A DNA stretch of 43,757 nucleotides from Reclinomonas americana ATCC 50394 (GCA_048213135.1 PS015207.1:48961-92717); one strand, 5' to 3'. Positions 24,560-41,991 are shown, counted from the first letter of the stretch. The notes: a model not told the origin generated them from the sequence alone. Made by a program: numbers and translations.

Positions 24560-26999
24560 TCATTCTGTTGTTGTTGTTGTGGTGGTGGTACTGCTTGTCG
24601 GCGTCACCACGGCGTCGGGCACTGGTACCTCTACGACGTCGGCCACCTCGCCCGGCGGCAGCATGGAGACCGCATGGTTGTGCACGGCGGCGTAGTGCTC
24701 GACGGCGGCAAGCAGGAACTCGACTCCGGCGCGGTCGGAGAATGAGGCCTTCTCCAGCTTCATGCGGCTGTTGGACTGGCGCTCCACAAACATCTTTGTG
24801 CGGATCTCTGTGTGTCAGAAATAGCAGCGTGGGAGGTGGGGAGAATAGCAATCAATGTGTGCGTACCAGGTGACCGCCGTGCTTGGTGACGGCGAACGCG
24901 AGATTCGGGTTGGCGTCGGCCAACAGCTGCATCTGTCGGTGTGCACGGCAAGTCAGCAATGGAGCCACGAGAGTGCACGTTAGGTGCCGACGACGCAACA
25001 TCGACAGAGTGCAGCGGAGCAAACGGGTCATCCTCGGCGTTGATCAGCAGCAGCGGAATCGGCACCTGCGCAACCAAGAGCAATGTCAGGAAAGTCTGTC
25101 CACCATGACTGTTGTTGAGCGCTGCTGCTCACCTTGTGCAAATGCCGCATGGACGAGGCGTTGTAGTAATAGTCGATCGGGGTCTTGAAATCTGCACGCA
25201 GCACCGGCGGTGAGTGTGCTGTGACCAGCATGCATGAAACCCCCCGCGCCATATCACGCTCAACTGTACACGCGAGTGGTGCAGGTGGCGTCGAATTCTT
25301 GCGCGGTCTTGGTCGCCAGGATCTCCTCCACGTTGATGCAATCGAGCTTCTCAAACTGCTCACGATTCCTGCGACGTGGCGTGTCCGGTCAGGAGAGGCA
25401 ACGCAGTAGGTGCGAGACACAACGAAAGGCATACCGTGAGACGAGGTTGCGCAGGTTACGCCCCATGCGCTTGTGGTACAGCCACTTGTTGCTGCCGCGG
25501 TTCAGTGTTTGCATGCCTGTGATGCGTGCACGACGATGAACAAGAGGCACATCCATTTTGCTGCGCAAAGACGCCACACATCACGCACCCTCGATCATGT
25601 CAAGCGGGTTGCTGACCGACACGGCGGCGACAAACGGGCACGCCTGCAGACGTGGACCAGGAGTGCCACTGTCGCCAGGGAGCAATGATGAGGACACAAC
25701 GCGAGACAAAAGGATTGCGTCTGGTCACTTTCGCCACGCAACTACGGATGCACGTGAGGCTCGTCGTCGAGCCCCGCATCCGGCAGCGGATTCAGCAAAT
25801 GGTGATGCTGGTGCTGCGGTGGACCGAACTCGGAAAGGAAGCGGCACAGGATGATGGCGCCCAGCGAGAAACCAACGGCCACCAATCTGTATGTGGGTGG
25901 AAGGACAGGAGTTGGCGACCGCAAGAAGACGAGTGGCAGAATGAAGAAAGAGAAACGCACGGGTGGTTTGGTGGGTACAGACTGGCCACGTAGTGCGAGA
26001 TCTCGTGAAAGTCCGATGTGTCGACCCCCGAGTACGCACGCGGCGACTGCCAGCAAGAGACCAGGAGTGAGAGAGAGCAGGAGACCGACACAGTCGTCGT
26101 CGACACACACACCCGCAGATCGGTCTCGCCGCAGCCGCGATAGTTGAAGACCACGGAGTGAAATCTGCGGCAACACAACGTAAGCATCCGCGCCAGGCCA
26201 GCCCACAAACTAAAACAAAACAAACCCCGCAGTCTCGTACGCATGTCGCACGAATGTTTGCACTGTGTACAGTGAGTCGTCGCCACACAAGAGCAAGATG
26301 CCCTCCCGGCAACACACCATATCGCTCATGCGAGCCGCCAGTGAGCCCATGAAACACAATCAACACAGGCGGCTGCGGCTCGCCCTCCGCCACCGCCGGT
26401 CTCCACCAATCCAACGCAACATACCCGCCATCGGTCATGTCATGCAACTCACTGCAATGACATGGACAGAGTCACACCACAGAAAATCCATAATAAGTCA
26501 AAGAGGGACGGAGGCAGCTCACCGCTCAAACGCCAGACTCGGGTGCGGACGCATCTGGGCACCGACAACTGAACGAGCGCGAAACGCACACTTCTGCCCT
26601 TCATACACACGCATACCTTTGCTCCATAGACATGCTGCAGGAGCGTTATGCGACCCCAGACGGGTGGAGGTCGCGGAGGGCGATGATCGGGCGATTCGGA
26701 GTTGAGCGACGGGCACTGCTCCACCAGTCGTCGTGTCAGCAACTCCTCATCCATGGCGCTCTCCACCGAGTCGACAGGCGGCGGGGCCTCGTGAGTGCCC
26801 ACTGCGTCGTCACCAGCACTCACTGCAGTGTGTGCGCGCCAAAGAGTGAGTAAACAAACAGAGAGTGTTGCACAGAGTGTGTCGCACCTGTGAGGTGGCA
26901 GTGGTGGCATGGACTGGCCACGACCACACGCAGTTCACCAGAGGCAGGCTTGTCGCCACCAGACGCGTGCAGTGTGGACGACGACGAGGAGGAACCCAT
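24560..26999 (-). CDS. Alpha/beta-hydrolase of the ABHD1/2/3-YheT family, with a possible N-myristoylation start (MGSSSS)
   Basis: Spliced motifs: DGGYVALDW, VFHGLTGGS, VFNYRGC, nucleophile GFSLG, SNPLD, YYYNASS, INAEDDPF, KHGGHLG. Confidence 0.9.
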
Positions 27000-27072
27000 C
27001 GCGTGTCTGTCACGAACAAGCGAAAGGACGAGGACAAGCGTCGTCCTCTGTCTGTGTTGCAGTGAGAGCACT

Positions 27073-29524
27073 ATGTCACTCCCGCCGCTCGCTGTGACCT
27101 CTGCTGATGGTGTGTACCATCACGCGCGATCGGGCTTTGTGTTGCCGTCGATGCCTGCTGGGTGGATCGCCCTCGCACCGCGACGAGTGAGCGAGATCCT
27201 CTGTCTCATGTCGCCCGAGCTCACCTCGCAGCCTGTCAGTGAGCACATTCCACTGGCGCAAATGTTGCGCGCTTTGTGTGTGTGTGTATGTGTGGCGACT
27301 TTGCTGCGACACTCATGCGTTTGCAGGGCTGAGATTTCCGTGGAGAGTGTGCCCGCGGCACAGCGCACTGTGCAGGAGTACATGGCGTATATGTTCAACG
27401 ACATTGAGCAGAACATGCTCAGTTGCGTCTCGTCAGCTGCAGTCCACCTGCTGATCCGCACGCTGACAATGATTGCAAATGAAAACAGTGACGCTGATGA
27501 TGGCTTCACCGTCAGCGCGACCGCAGACGGAGAAGATGAGCATTCCGTTCCTGGGAGGCGATGTATGGTGCGCGGAGAGCTGCTTTGTGGTGCCGGGCCT
27601 CGGACCGGTGTTGTCGTTCTGGTTGGCGTGCGCGGAGGTCGATGGGCGGTTGTACACTGTAACAATGACCACGTCGACGGCCGGTGACAGGTACCAGCAG
27701 TGCAAGGCGGCGGCGGTGTATGTGAGTTGCTGTTTGTTTCTCGCTCTACGTGTCCACGCAGGCGCTCATTCGTCGGTGGTCCAGATTGTCGAGCATGCGT
27801 ACTTGGACTTTGGGAGGAGTTGCGACGATGATGCCGCAGTTGTCGGATGGCTTGCTGATCTCTGTGTGCATCTCGCAGTCCCGGAGTCGCCCGTCAAACG
27901 GACGCTGCACCTGTGGAATCATTTGCTCCAGTGCGAGGTGCCCGCGGCGTGGAATTTCGACTGGGAGTCGGCCGATAAGCGAGTGGCGATGCACATGGTG
28001 GTGCGTTTGGCGCTGAGTGGCGACTTTGTGTGCTCGTCGTGCCCTCACCAGGGGTGCGGAGGTCATAGAGGGCTGGCAGAGTGCAAGAGGCCACCGTGCA
28101 CAAATGCGCGCTGGCGGTGCACCACCCACCGGCGTCGTACATCAAGGTGAGATGCACGGAGTTTGTGGCCCCTCGCCGCTCGTCCATCAACTCTACTCGT
28201 CGACATTGTGCAGACGGTCGCCTTGCGCGCTGCAACGAGCTGCACGGAACTCGAAGCGGTAAAGGAGAGCACTACGATGCAGTCGAATGGTATCGAGTGG
28301 ACAGTGTCGGAGGATCGACTGCTGGCGGGAGAGGTAGTGGATTCGGTCTCCCTCCTCCGCTGCGACTCATCCTCACTGTATGCTGTTCACAAGGCTGCCG
28401 GCAAGGTACTCTTCATGTGGGTCACGGTGGCCGACTTGCGGTAAGTGACTGCATTATAAACAAAGGATGCAGCCGTGTGTGAGCTGACCACTGCGCCGAC
28501 CAGGCTTTACGTCGTCTCCACTGTGCAAGACGCCGCATGTGCCGACGGAGGCCTGAAAGACTTTGTTAGCAGCATCCGACTGCTGGATCCATGTGGTGCG
28601 CATGTGCACACCTGTTAGTTGTGTTGTTTTCATTGTCGTCATCTTCCCCCTTTCGCAGACTTGCAATCTCGGCCGCCCAGCTCGCTGCAGCGATTATCCG
28701 GTGCGTAAACCCTCATCGATGGCGACGCTTGTCGGTCCGAGTACTCACCGTGTGTCCGCATGCAGGCAAGATGTGCGGCACCGTTCACTATGAGGATGCG
28801 CGACTCGGGTTCTGCATCGATGTACCGATTCAGTGGGAACGACAAGAGGTGCGCGCGTTGCAGAGCGCCTCCCTCATTCTTCCCGTGTGGAGACGTTGAC
28901 GTTGTCGTCATTTCTCGCAGTTTGGCAACGTGACGCAATTCCAACCCGCGGCGCACTCCTCTGTGGCCGTGACTCGCGTTTCGTAAGCCCGAACGTGTCA
29001 CAGTTGTCGCGGCCGTGCACTGACTCCCCCAGCAGGTCCTCATCGACCCGATTCCACCATCGGCGAGGAGAGAGGAGGCCGCTGACTCGTTCTGCGAACA
29101 GCTCGTCTTCTGCCAGTCTGGCGAGGTGGAGGACAGCAAGACCGAATACGATGACGATGGAAACTACGTCATTCACATGGAGGTGCGTGGAGGACGTAAT
29201 CACGGAGGGAAGACTCTCTCGTCCTCATGCCGTGTGCACAGTATTCGGTCCAGTCCGGCGGAGCCGTGCTTCGCGGCCTCGTCAAGGTGCCTGCCCACTT
29301 TGCTCAGCACTCCACTCACTGCATGGCCTGACCTGCATGCTTGCACAGCTCATTGCTACCTCGGAAAACCTGGTGTGCTTCACCTTCCAGACTTCGAACG
29401 TACGTCGTCGCTGTGATTCACACTCACTCGCTTGTGCTCACTCACTGCGCGCATGCAGCGACCGGACATGGTGGAAGTGGTGCGATCCGTGTGCTGCCCG
29501 TCGTTCAAGCTGCTGAAGAAGTAA
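27073..29524 (+). CDS. Hypothetical multi-exon protein, possibly tandem PsbP/Mog1/DcrB-fold domains
   Basis: Recurring N-terminal-type motifs YHHARSGFVLPSMPAGW, LQCEVPAAW and YEDARLGFCIDVPIQW. Ends ..VCFTFQTSN|RPDMVEVVRSVCCPSFKLLKK*. Many GT-AG introns; the fold is inferred. Confidence 0.5.
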
Positions 29525-29564
29525 ACGTAAAGACACGCGTCCTGCATGATCAATTTCGTTTTGC

Positions 29565-31996
29565 ATGGACCTCGCCGAGTTCTCGGGTGCCTCCTTCTCC
29601 CCCGCTCGGTGGGTGAACGAGCGTGTGGAAGAACTCGAGCACAGTGGCTCCACACATCCACTGGAGGTAACACAGACGCACTCACGATGTGCAAACGCAC
29701 GCACTCATCCATGCAACACAGAGTCAAATCAATGGCGTGGTATTCAAGCTGCAGCTCACCCTACAAGACCTCTTCCACAACCTCGACGAAACCTCTGCAC
29801 AGCTCATGACGCGATTACCTCGGTTCGCTCACTCTCATCTCTCACTCTCTTTCCTCCTGCCTCTCGCTCACACTCTCTCTCTCTCTCCACCAGTGTCGAG
29901 GTGGAGATCAACCGACTGGAGCGCGACGCAAAGCACTTGCGGGAGACTGTGTTGGAGCTGCGCGATCGCGCTGGACAAGTGCACACACACACGCGACAGT
30001 TTGTGGGCGCACTCGACGAGCTGGACAGCGCACAACGACGCATTCGTCAGTGCGCAGAGACTCTGCAGCATGCTGTGCGTGTGCAACAGGTGCTCTCGTC
30101 GGTGGACCACGTCTCCTTCACGGGTGACATACGATCGACGGAGGTGTGCCGCGCATGTGAGGCGCACAAGAGATCAGAAAAAGAGGCTGAATGTTGTGCG
30201 CGGCTGACGCAGATTGTCGACAAGGTGGAGGTGCTGACCTCGAGTCTGGAGGCGCTGAGCTCGTTTGACGAGTTTGCCGACCAGCGCAAGGTGGTGGACG
30301 CGTTTCAGTCGCGTCTGGAGGCGGCGCTGGTGCCGCGATTCTCCGCGGCGGTGACGGCACGCGACGAGACCGATGCGCACGACTGCCTGGCACTCTTCAG
30401 TAAGGTGGGGCGAGTTGATCGCGCCATGCGTGAGTACGTGCAGTTGCGTACGGCCGATGTGCGCGCGTTGTGGCGCGAGTGTCTGGCGCCGCCGGCCGCC
30501 GACGCCACCATGACCGAGGCCCCGGCGGTGCACGGGGCGCATCTCCTGTCGCGATCGATACCGCAGTTTTACACGCGTGCGATGGAGCTGATTGAGCGCG
30601 AGGTGAGCGCGCTGTGTACCACTGATCCTCACTTGCACACTCGGTTGTGCTGCTCACTCGATTCGCGCGCAGGCCGAGTGGTGCAATCGCGTCTTCCCCG
30701 AGTCAGTGCAGCAGGAACCGCTGCGCGACCTCATCTCCACTTCCCTGTCGACCCTCCACCCGAGCTCGGGTGAGGTGCTTGAGCGAGCCGTCGCCGAGGC
30801 CATGCAGGGAACAGGTTGGTGGCACGCTGTTGCGAGGAGCAGGTGCTGTGCAAGACTCACCCTCCTGCTGCGCGGTTGTAGGAGCGAGCAGTGCCACCGT
30901 ACAGCTCACTGAATTGCTGCGTGCTGCTGCCGAGTTCGCCTCGGCGCTGGACCGTCTGTTTGGCCGGCAGAGTGCCGGTGAGTGGACGCGCGTGCATGCT
31001 GCGGTCATGTATACGATCGTGTGCGCCTCACTCGTGAGCCGCAGCGTTTGCGCCCTTTGAAGAACTCATTCTGCGTCCGTTGCTGGAGCACTGGCGGCAC
31101 TTTGGGTACTACGAGCAACGACGGCTACGGGTGTTTGTCGATCGGCTCAACTGGGTTGCGTAGCGCTTTGTTTATGGTGAATAGAGGCGCAACATTCTTA
31201 ACTTTGTGCAGAGCCACAAGGCGGGTGGTGCGGACTCGTTTGATCGCGACTGTCTCGAGAGCTTCCAGAGTGCCTTCACCGAGTGTCTGCGAGTGCCCGA
31301 GTACTGCCGTGAGCTCACTTGCGGTCTCGAGTGCACGCAAATCCCCAGCATCGTCAATGTTGCGCCTATTGCCTTGATCGTCGCCGCCAGGTGTGCCACT
31401 TGCTGAATGGGAGAGGGTGGGGCTGTTACAGGACTGCATCACGTACTGTTTTGGTTACGCTGGTGGCTTTGTCGATGGCCTTGTCAAGAATGCCGTTTCG
31501 CGCTACAAGACAGCCAAGCGAGGGTTCGTGCTGCATGCATCACTTACGTGCAGGGAGAATGCTTATGATTGACACAGAGACAACGAGGAAAACGCACAAA
31601 TCCAACGCAGCCTGCGTGTCCTGCAGGTCCGATCATGTGTTTCTTCTTCACACCAAACGATGATGACCCTACTAACATGTCGAACGCAGTTGACCTTTGC
31701 TTTGACATCGCGGCTTCGCGAATTCGAGTCGGAGCTGCGTTCCGAGATGCTGGATCTGCGCATGCATCTTCTCGATCCCGTTACGGGCCAGTTGTCCACA
31801 CAGTTGCGTTATTCACCGTTCCGCAGAGATGAACTCGCGCACTCACGTGCACCGTCGTCGTGCTCTTTTTAAAACGCGCAACAGGCTCCCGACCTCGGCA
31901 CGTCTGTACTGTGTGCAATTCCCTGAACAGGAAGTGCACGCAGTCGCGTTGTTACAGGTCAGTGATTGGTGGAGTTTTGCATGCTGGCACCTTCCA

Positions 31997-32035
<39 letters not shown>

Positions 32036-33073
32036 GCGCGCGCGCTCTCCTTGGGTGATGCAGTCGATCCAGCAAGGTGTGTGTGCGCGCTGCGATGGTG
32101 TGCTACTGACATCCACATCTATAGCTAACTAGATTCAACAGGTGGAACATCGCTTCTGGCCGTGTCGTTCTCCAAGCTGGAGGAGTTCTCGCGGCAAGTA
32201 CACGACTATGTGCACCAAGTCATGTTCTGGCACATTTCACATCACCTGTCTACCATGCCGAAACTCAAGGTTTGCTTGATCAGTGCACACACCACACACG
32301 CAGAGAGCTGTTGTGACGGTAGCCAACTGTGTTTGTGTTGCGTGTTAGGCCGAGTGGGAAAAGGAGTCGGCGGCCGGTGGACAGCCGTCGTTCTCGTTCT
32401 CGCTGTCGCCGTCCGAGTACATCTCCTTCACGGGCGACCAGCTGCTGTCCCTGTTGCATCAACTGGAGTCGATGACGAGTGCGTCGGCCGACGATACATC
32501 ACCAGAAAGGTTGAATAGTGGAATGCACTCGTGGTCAGTCTTTTGTAATGCTAACCTTCTATCGCGCACAGTGGTCTCTTCTGGCTCAAGTCCGTGGCAG
32601 GAACCACCGTGTCGACGTTTATGCAACACATTGCCAGTATTGCAATATTATCGCCTCATGGCGCTCAGCAACTCTCCGCCGACATTCGTTGCGCTCCGCT
32701 TCCTCTGCGAGGTTTCAAGTTATCTCTGTGGTGCTCACTTCTGTCGGCGTGCAGAGTATCTGCGCAACATTCTCAACGCCATTGGCCACGAATCGGTGCC
32801 GCTGTTGGACGAGTTGAAGACCGTGGTGGAAATGTCGGCCGGCACTGCACAGTTACCCTGTCGCCCCGTTCCCCTTCCCTGTCGTCCTCTCAATTGTCTC
32901 CTCCTGGCAGAACATTCGATCCACGCAAGTTCACGCGCATCGATCTGCGTGTGGCCGAGAAGATTGCGCAGGCCAAGGCCGCCTTTCGTACTCGTCCTGT
33001 CGGAGGAGCTGCAGCTGGTGGCGCCGCAGCAGGTGGTGGCAGTACCCCGACTGCTCCACCTCGTCCAAGATAG
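29565..33073 (+). CDS. COG7: Conserved oligomeric Golgi complex subunit 7
   Basis: MDLAEFSGASFSPARWVN; VVFKLQLTLQD..LDETSAQLMTRLPR; FSLSPSEYISFTGDQLLSLLHQLE; WLKSVA..LSPHGAQQLSADIQYLRNILNAIG. These match remembered COG7 blocks. Confidence 0.88.
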
Positions 33074-33158
33074 CCTATCTCGCTTTTCGAGGGACACGAG
33101 AATGCATGGCTGACTGTGATGCACCCTTCGCCAGAAAATTTGTGTTATTATTATTCAC

Positions 33159-34482
33159 TTAACAGACAGATTGTGCTGTTCTGGTTGGCAGCGACCCGCT
33201 AACAGCAAGTACGGTTGACGAGCCGCTGCGCGACTGCGACGTCATGCCAGCTGTGCTGTTGTACCGATTCAAAAAGTCGCGCAGAGTACCGGCTTCGCCA
33301 GTGTTGGCACGCGACAATGAGCGCGGCGCCATGGTCAGGAGCTGGGCGCGATGCAGCACTCGGTATGGCGTGTTTGTTGGTGGTAGTTGAATATCGTTGC
33401 GTTCCATGGTCCAGTGTGCAGAGCTATCGAGTGCTCGATCGGCGGCGTACTGTGCGTGCGTTGGAATTGTCAGCAACGTGGAGGTATTTGACGAAGGCAG
33501 TCCAATGGTTGCTCACCATGCGGAGACCGTGCGACGATGCAAAAGTGACGACTGTGCGTGCGGGAGTTGCTTTCCCAGAGGGCTTGCGCTGCATGCTGGT
33601 GGTGCTCTGGTAGCGGAAGCTGCCGCTGTCGGACGAATCGAAGGTGTCTGCATGGAAGACAACGAGAACGGTAAATTTTCGTGATTCAAGTGCTGAAGCT
33701 TTTTTTGCGCAGGACTCACCAGCCGAGCGCGGACGCCTTGTCCCGAGTTTGTAGGAGCTGCCACGCACGGCCACGGCCGGTCCAATGCGCTTGCCCTGCG
33801 GCGAGTACACCATCTTGACTCGCGACCGCAGTGAGCTTGACATGGCGGCCTCCTCCTCGTCCACCTCGTCGTCGCCAAAGACAGTGGGTGTGTCGTGCGC
33901 CGGATCCGAGCCGGCACTGGAAGCCTGGAGTGGCGACATGTCGGAGCCGTCGTAGAAACCGCGGTCGTATTGCGGCAGGCCTCCGAGCAGCACGTCTTCG
34001 CCGCGGGCGTCGACTACCACATTGATGCGTGAGCCGCGCAGGAGACGGTGCCGGCTGACTCGGTTGCGACGCGGCGGCGTGCCGAAGCGCAACAAATCGC
34101 TGCCGTGTCGCGCAGCTTCGGTGCTGCTCTCGGCCGAATCGAGGTCGAGAGATCGATACAGCGACCGGCGAGAATTGCCGTATGGTTTCTTCTTCGGCGG
34201 CATCGCCGCCGTTATTGCGCCGGCATCGAGGAGATCGCCGCTCACCACGCGCACCACCGACGGCAGCGAGGGGAGCGATGTGGCGTCGGTGGAGGCGTGT
34301 AGGTAGCCGTGCAGGTCGGCCGATGGTGGCGGCGGCATGTGCTGTGGTGGCGGCTGCTTGAAGGCCACCGTCCCCGTGGTCACGGCGCCAGGGGCGACGC
34401 GGAAGCGGCTGCTGTGGTTGCGTACCGAGGGAGCGTGGAGCGAGGTCACATCGCCGATGTGGGGGGAGTGCACGCAGCCCAT
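33159..34482 (-). CDS. Low-complexity hypothetical protein with an N-terminal MGC dual-acylation motif
   Basis: ATG at 34482 gives MGCVHS. Long first exon, an in-frame 72-nt intron 33719-33648, and a last exon YAADRALDS..AQSVC*. Confidence 0.6.
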
Positions 34483-35264
34483 GTTCAGAAAGAGATTCGC
34501 GGCAGGATACAGCAGCGGTACACAAGATCCCAACGTGTGTTCGTGCGCGTGTGCGTGTCTCGGTGCGTGCGTGCGTGTGAGTGTGCGATGGGAAAGTGCT
34601 GAATGTGCGCTCTCTCACACAACCCCACAACAGCAATAAAGAGGGTAGTATGAGGGACGAGGATTCTTCCCGCATAATTGCAACGCTTTCGCATAGTTTC
34701 CTTCTGTGTTTCAATCGCGTCGTCCTCTGCGTGCACTCCAATTAACAGCGAGGCGAACAGCGGGCAACCGGCAACAGTATAGGGGCGACAGCATGTGACG
34801 AGCCGGCGCCTTCTGCGATGTGCGAGATGTGCATCGTGAATCGTGCGCTTGATGTGCGACTCGTTGCCTAATTTTATCCGTGTCCAGTCTCCAACTCTCC
34901 AATTTTGGCATCAATTTGCACAACTTCTTCTGTCTCTCTCTCAGTCTTGCTTTGCCAGTCAGGCTCCCGGTGGCGACGAGTGGGCGTTTTGGGGGTGCAT
35001 AATATCGATTGGGTTGGAGGACAAGCTGATGCCTGTATGTTGGTCACAGGGCATTTTTCATTTCATGTCTCGACATGCCGTGTCGTCCCGTATGCCAGCA
35101 AAAAGATGCACTGTCACTGTGACAAGTCATCTCGTAGACGCCACCGGCACGGACCCGCGCGCACATGCACGAACTTGGGGGGGTTCGCCGGTATAGGGTG
35201 TCGTGGGCGAAAAACCGTTGCGCCACCGTTTTTCTAATAAATTGTCCAGCACGAATCTCGTATC

Positions 35265-39248
<3,984 letters not shown>

Positions 39249-39628
39249 GACGAAAGTGAGTGGGGTTTGCATGAGACAATCATTCAAACAAATGCGGCTT
39301 GCTCGCTCAACGAATGTTCCAGTTGCTTTCTCGGCAAGAATCGAAGAAGCGTGAGCATCGCCATATAGACAACCAAGTACAGATGAAGATGCAAAAATAC
39401 ACAGAGTTGCATTACTCAATGTTGGCAACTATAAGGGACCGATCCGGTACGGTGCACGTCAATCTCTCGGTCTCCGTCCAAGCTCTTAAGCTTGCCAACA
39501 GCAGGCACACAGGAGAAGATGAGCGGCCGATGACTTTGTTGATTCGCTGGAACTTGCGATGGAGTCCAGACGCTTGTTTGTGTCGACCCAATCCACCAGC
39601 GACAGCTAGCGCGAGGAAGAGTCATTTC

Positions 39629-41137
39629 TCACTTCCCCACACGTACACCAGCCAGCGCCGCCAGAGTCTCGGCATCCTCGCTGACGACCTCGTGTGCTCG
39701 ACCCAAGAGCTGAGATGGTGCGCAGAAGTCCGCGCTGGCCCGACGAGAGGCGAGCAAGAAGTACTGCACCGGCGAGTAGAAAGTGAAGCCGTTGATGACA
39801 CGGACCAGATGCTTGCTCTCGACCAAGTCACTGGCAACCAGCTCCGGATCCGCGGTCGGGAATCGCTCGCGCAGTCCAATGGCAATAGCTCGCTCGGAGA
39901 GCACCACTGGCCTGAACGAGTCAAAACCAGCTGCGGCGGTGTGCTTGGCCAGCAACTCGAGCACCGCCATGTGCTCTGCACTGGCTGGCAGTTCCGGCAG
40001 GCCCCTCTGCCGCAGCGCATTCGCCAGTGGGTCGCACAACAGCGGGGGAATCCGGCCACCAAACGCGGCGTGCAGGAATCGAATGATGGCTTCGGAGCCT
40101 GCAATGTCGGCCGTCTTGGGCAGAGGCTCCTGGTGCGAGACATGTGGAAACACGGCCCTTTTGAAGCGAGGCCGATTGTCCAGGAAGACGCGGTACTGCT
40201 CCAGCGTGGTAAAGCCGAGCGCGGACCGTTGTTGCACCTTGGTGTCGTTGAGGCTCTGGAGTGGTTCCACGAATGACTCGCAGGTCGCCGGTGGAGGCGT
40301 GCACATAGTGGGGCAGACGCGAGTCACTGCCAGCCAAGAACGCGGCGCTCCTGAAGCTCGTCACGATGCACTGCAGGTCAGACCAGGAGTCGTGCAACGC
40401 GAGTACAGGTGCTGTGCCTCATCGACAAACGCCACAACAGCGACATTGTGGGCACGCGCGACGCCCAACACCCGCGACATGCACATGCTGGGTGGCAACT
40501 CAATGTCAACGTCGCCAATGTGGCCCGAGTGAGTGAGCGCAAGCCGTACGACCTCGGCCACCGACAACTCCTTGCGATACCACTCCTGGCTGCTGTAGTC
40601 GATGTAGACGGCGGCAAAGTTGGGAAGCAGCGCACCGCTCACCAAACACGCCGTCTTCAGCATGGTTGACTTGCCGACGCCACGCGGCCCCACAAAGTAA
40701 TAGCCACTGTGATTGTTGAGAGCAGTGCCGAAGCGTGCGGAGTGCGCCTTCTCGAAGCACATGTCGAGCACGGCCACCAGATTGTCGTGAACGTGTGACT
40801 TGGGGCCCACGAACATCATCTCAGGCGGCAGATGCAGTGGGCTGGTGACCGGCAGAGTCTCCATCAGGGCCAGCATGTCAAACGCGCTGCTGATGAACGT
40901 CTTGCTGTCTCCAGTCTCCAAGGCTGCGCCGACGAGCTTGCGCAGACTGGCAACCTTTTCGGTGTCAGGCCACTGGGCGATGCAATCATCGCCGGCCATC
41001 GGCGTCACAAAGAAGTCTGCCTCCACGCGGAGGGGTTGCCGCTGACCATGAGGAGAAGGCAAGCTGGAGAACGAAGCCACCCGCCGCTGTGAGACAAGGC
41101 GTCCCAGGGGTAGTCGCTGACACATGCGACGGAGCAT
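39629..41137 (-). CDS. Intronless P-loop NTPase (CR-NTPase/STAND-like) with an Arg-rich mitochondrial-type presequence and two compensating frameshifts
   Basis: MLRRMCQRLPLGRLVSQRRVASFSS; Walker A GPRGVGKS (40690-40667); Walker B AFVDEAQ. A shifted frame reads LHDSWSDLQ..AFLAGSDSRL, then returns to the original frame at QSLNDTK..LHAAFGGRI. Confidence 0.7.
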
Positions 41138-41245
41138 CCTCCTGCACGTTCCTTCTACACAAAGCGAGCTCGAGCTCGAGAAACGTTGTCCGACAGAGTG
41201 TCCCAGTGAGTGAATTTCGCGCCAACCGCGACACAAACACGCGCA

Positions 41246-41991
41246 ATGAAGCGACGTCGCTATGAGCGTCGCCAACAAGACAACCAAGATCGCATAGACG
41301 AGGATGAGAATGATCACGACGACGACTACGATGAAGATGATGATGATGAGGAAATGAACAAGGATCGACGAAAGCGCGCGCATGTGCTCCCCAAGCCGGC
41401 GACCAGCAAACGCGCAGCGCCTTCAGTCGACGATCAGCAGGTGCACACACACGCGCGCGTGTGTATGTGTATGTGTATGAGTCACACAATCAGCGCGTGC
41501 AGTGGATGCAACGACAACGCGCGTACTTTGCGGCGGTTGATGCGCTGGTGCTGGAGGAGATGGACGACGATGAGTCCGCGGAGAAAGAAGAGCAGGCGAC
41601 AAGCAGGAGGAAGGAGGAGGAGCAGCAGCAAGCTGGCGTAGATGGCAATAAGCACCAAGTGCGCGCCGCTTCCACTGTCTCCTTGGGCGATGCGGCGTTG
41701 AAGCAATGCTTCCCAGGTCTCTGCTTGCTCTCTTTCTCATTCTCTCTCACATAGCACTGACTCGCGATGCACAGATATGGCCGCGGAGTATGAGGTGTAC
41801 TGCGACGGACTGCGCACCATGGACATTGAGCCAGTGACGTTCTCGGTCAGTGCTATGCATGCGCGCCCCACAGAGAAAAGAGAAGGAGGTGTGCGCACTC
41901 AACACGTCTCACTCCGCAGGAGTTTGTCGACATGCGACGTGGAGCTTCGTCGACGGCCGCGCATCGACCACGCGTGTCCTTGTGTCCATGA
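41246..41991 (+). CDS. Small acidic/basic protein, probably nuclear, with a Sororin-like motif; 4 exons
   Basis: Frame-consistent exons 41246-41440, 41494-41716, 41775-41845 and 41920-41991. MKRRRY NLS-like start, D/E tract, WMQRQRAYFAAVDALVLEE. Confidence 0.65.

Noticed and set aside
40361-40363. Selenocysteine or stop-codon readthrough at the single in-frame TGA
   Set aside because: The alternative frame across this stretch is clearly more protein-like, so paired frameshifts explain it better. TGA is a normal stop in other genes here.
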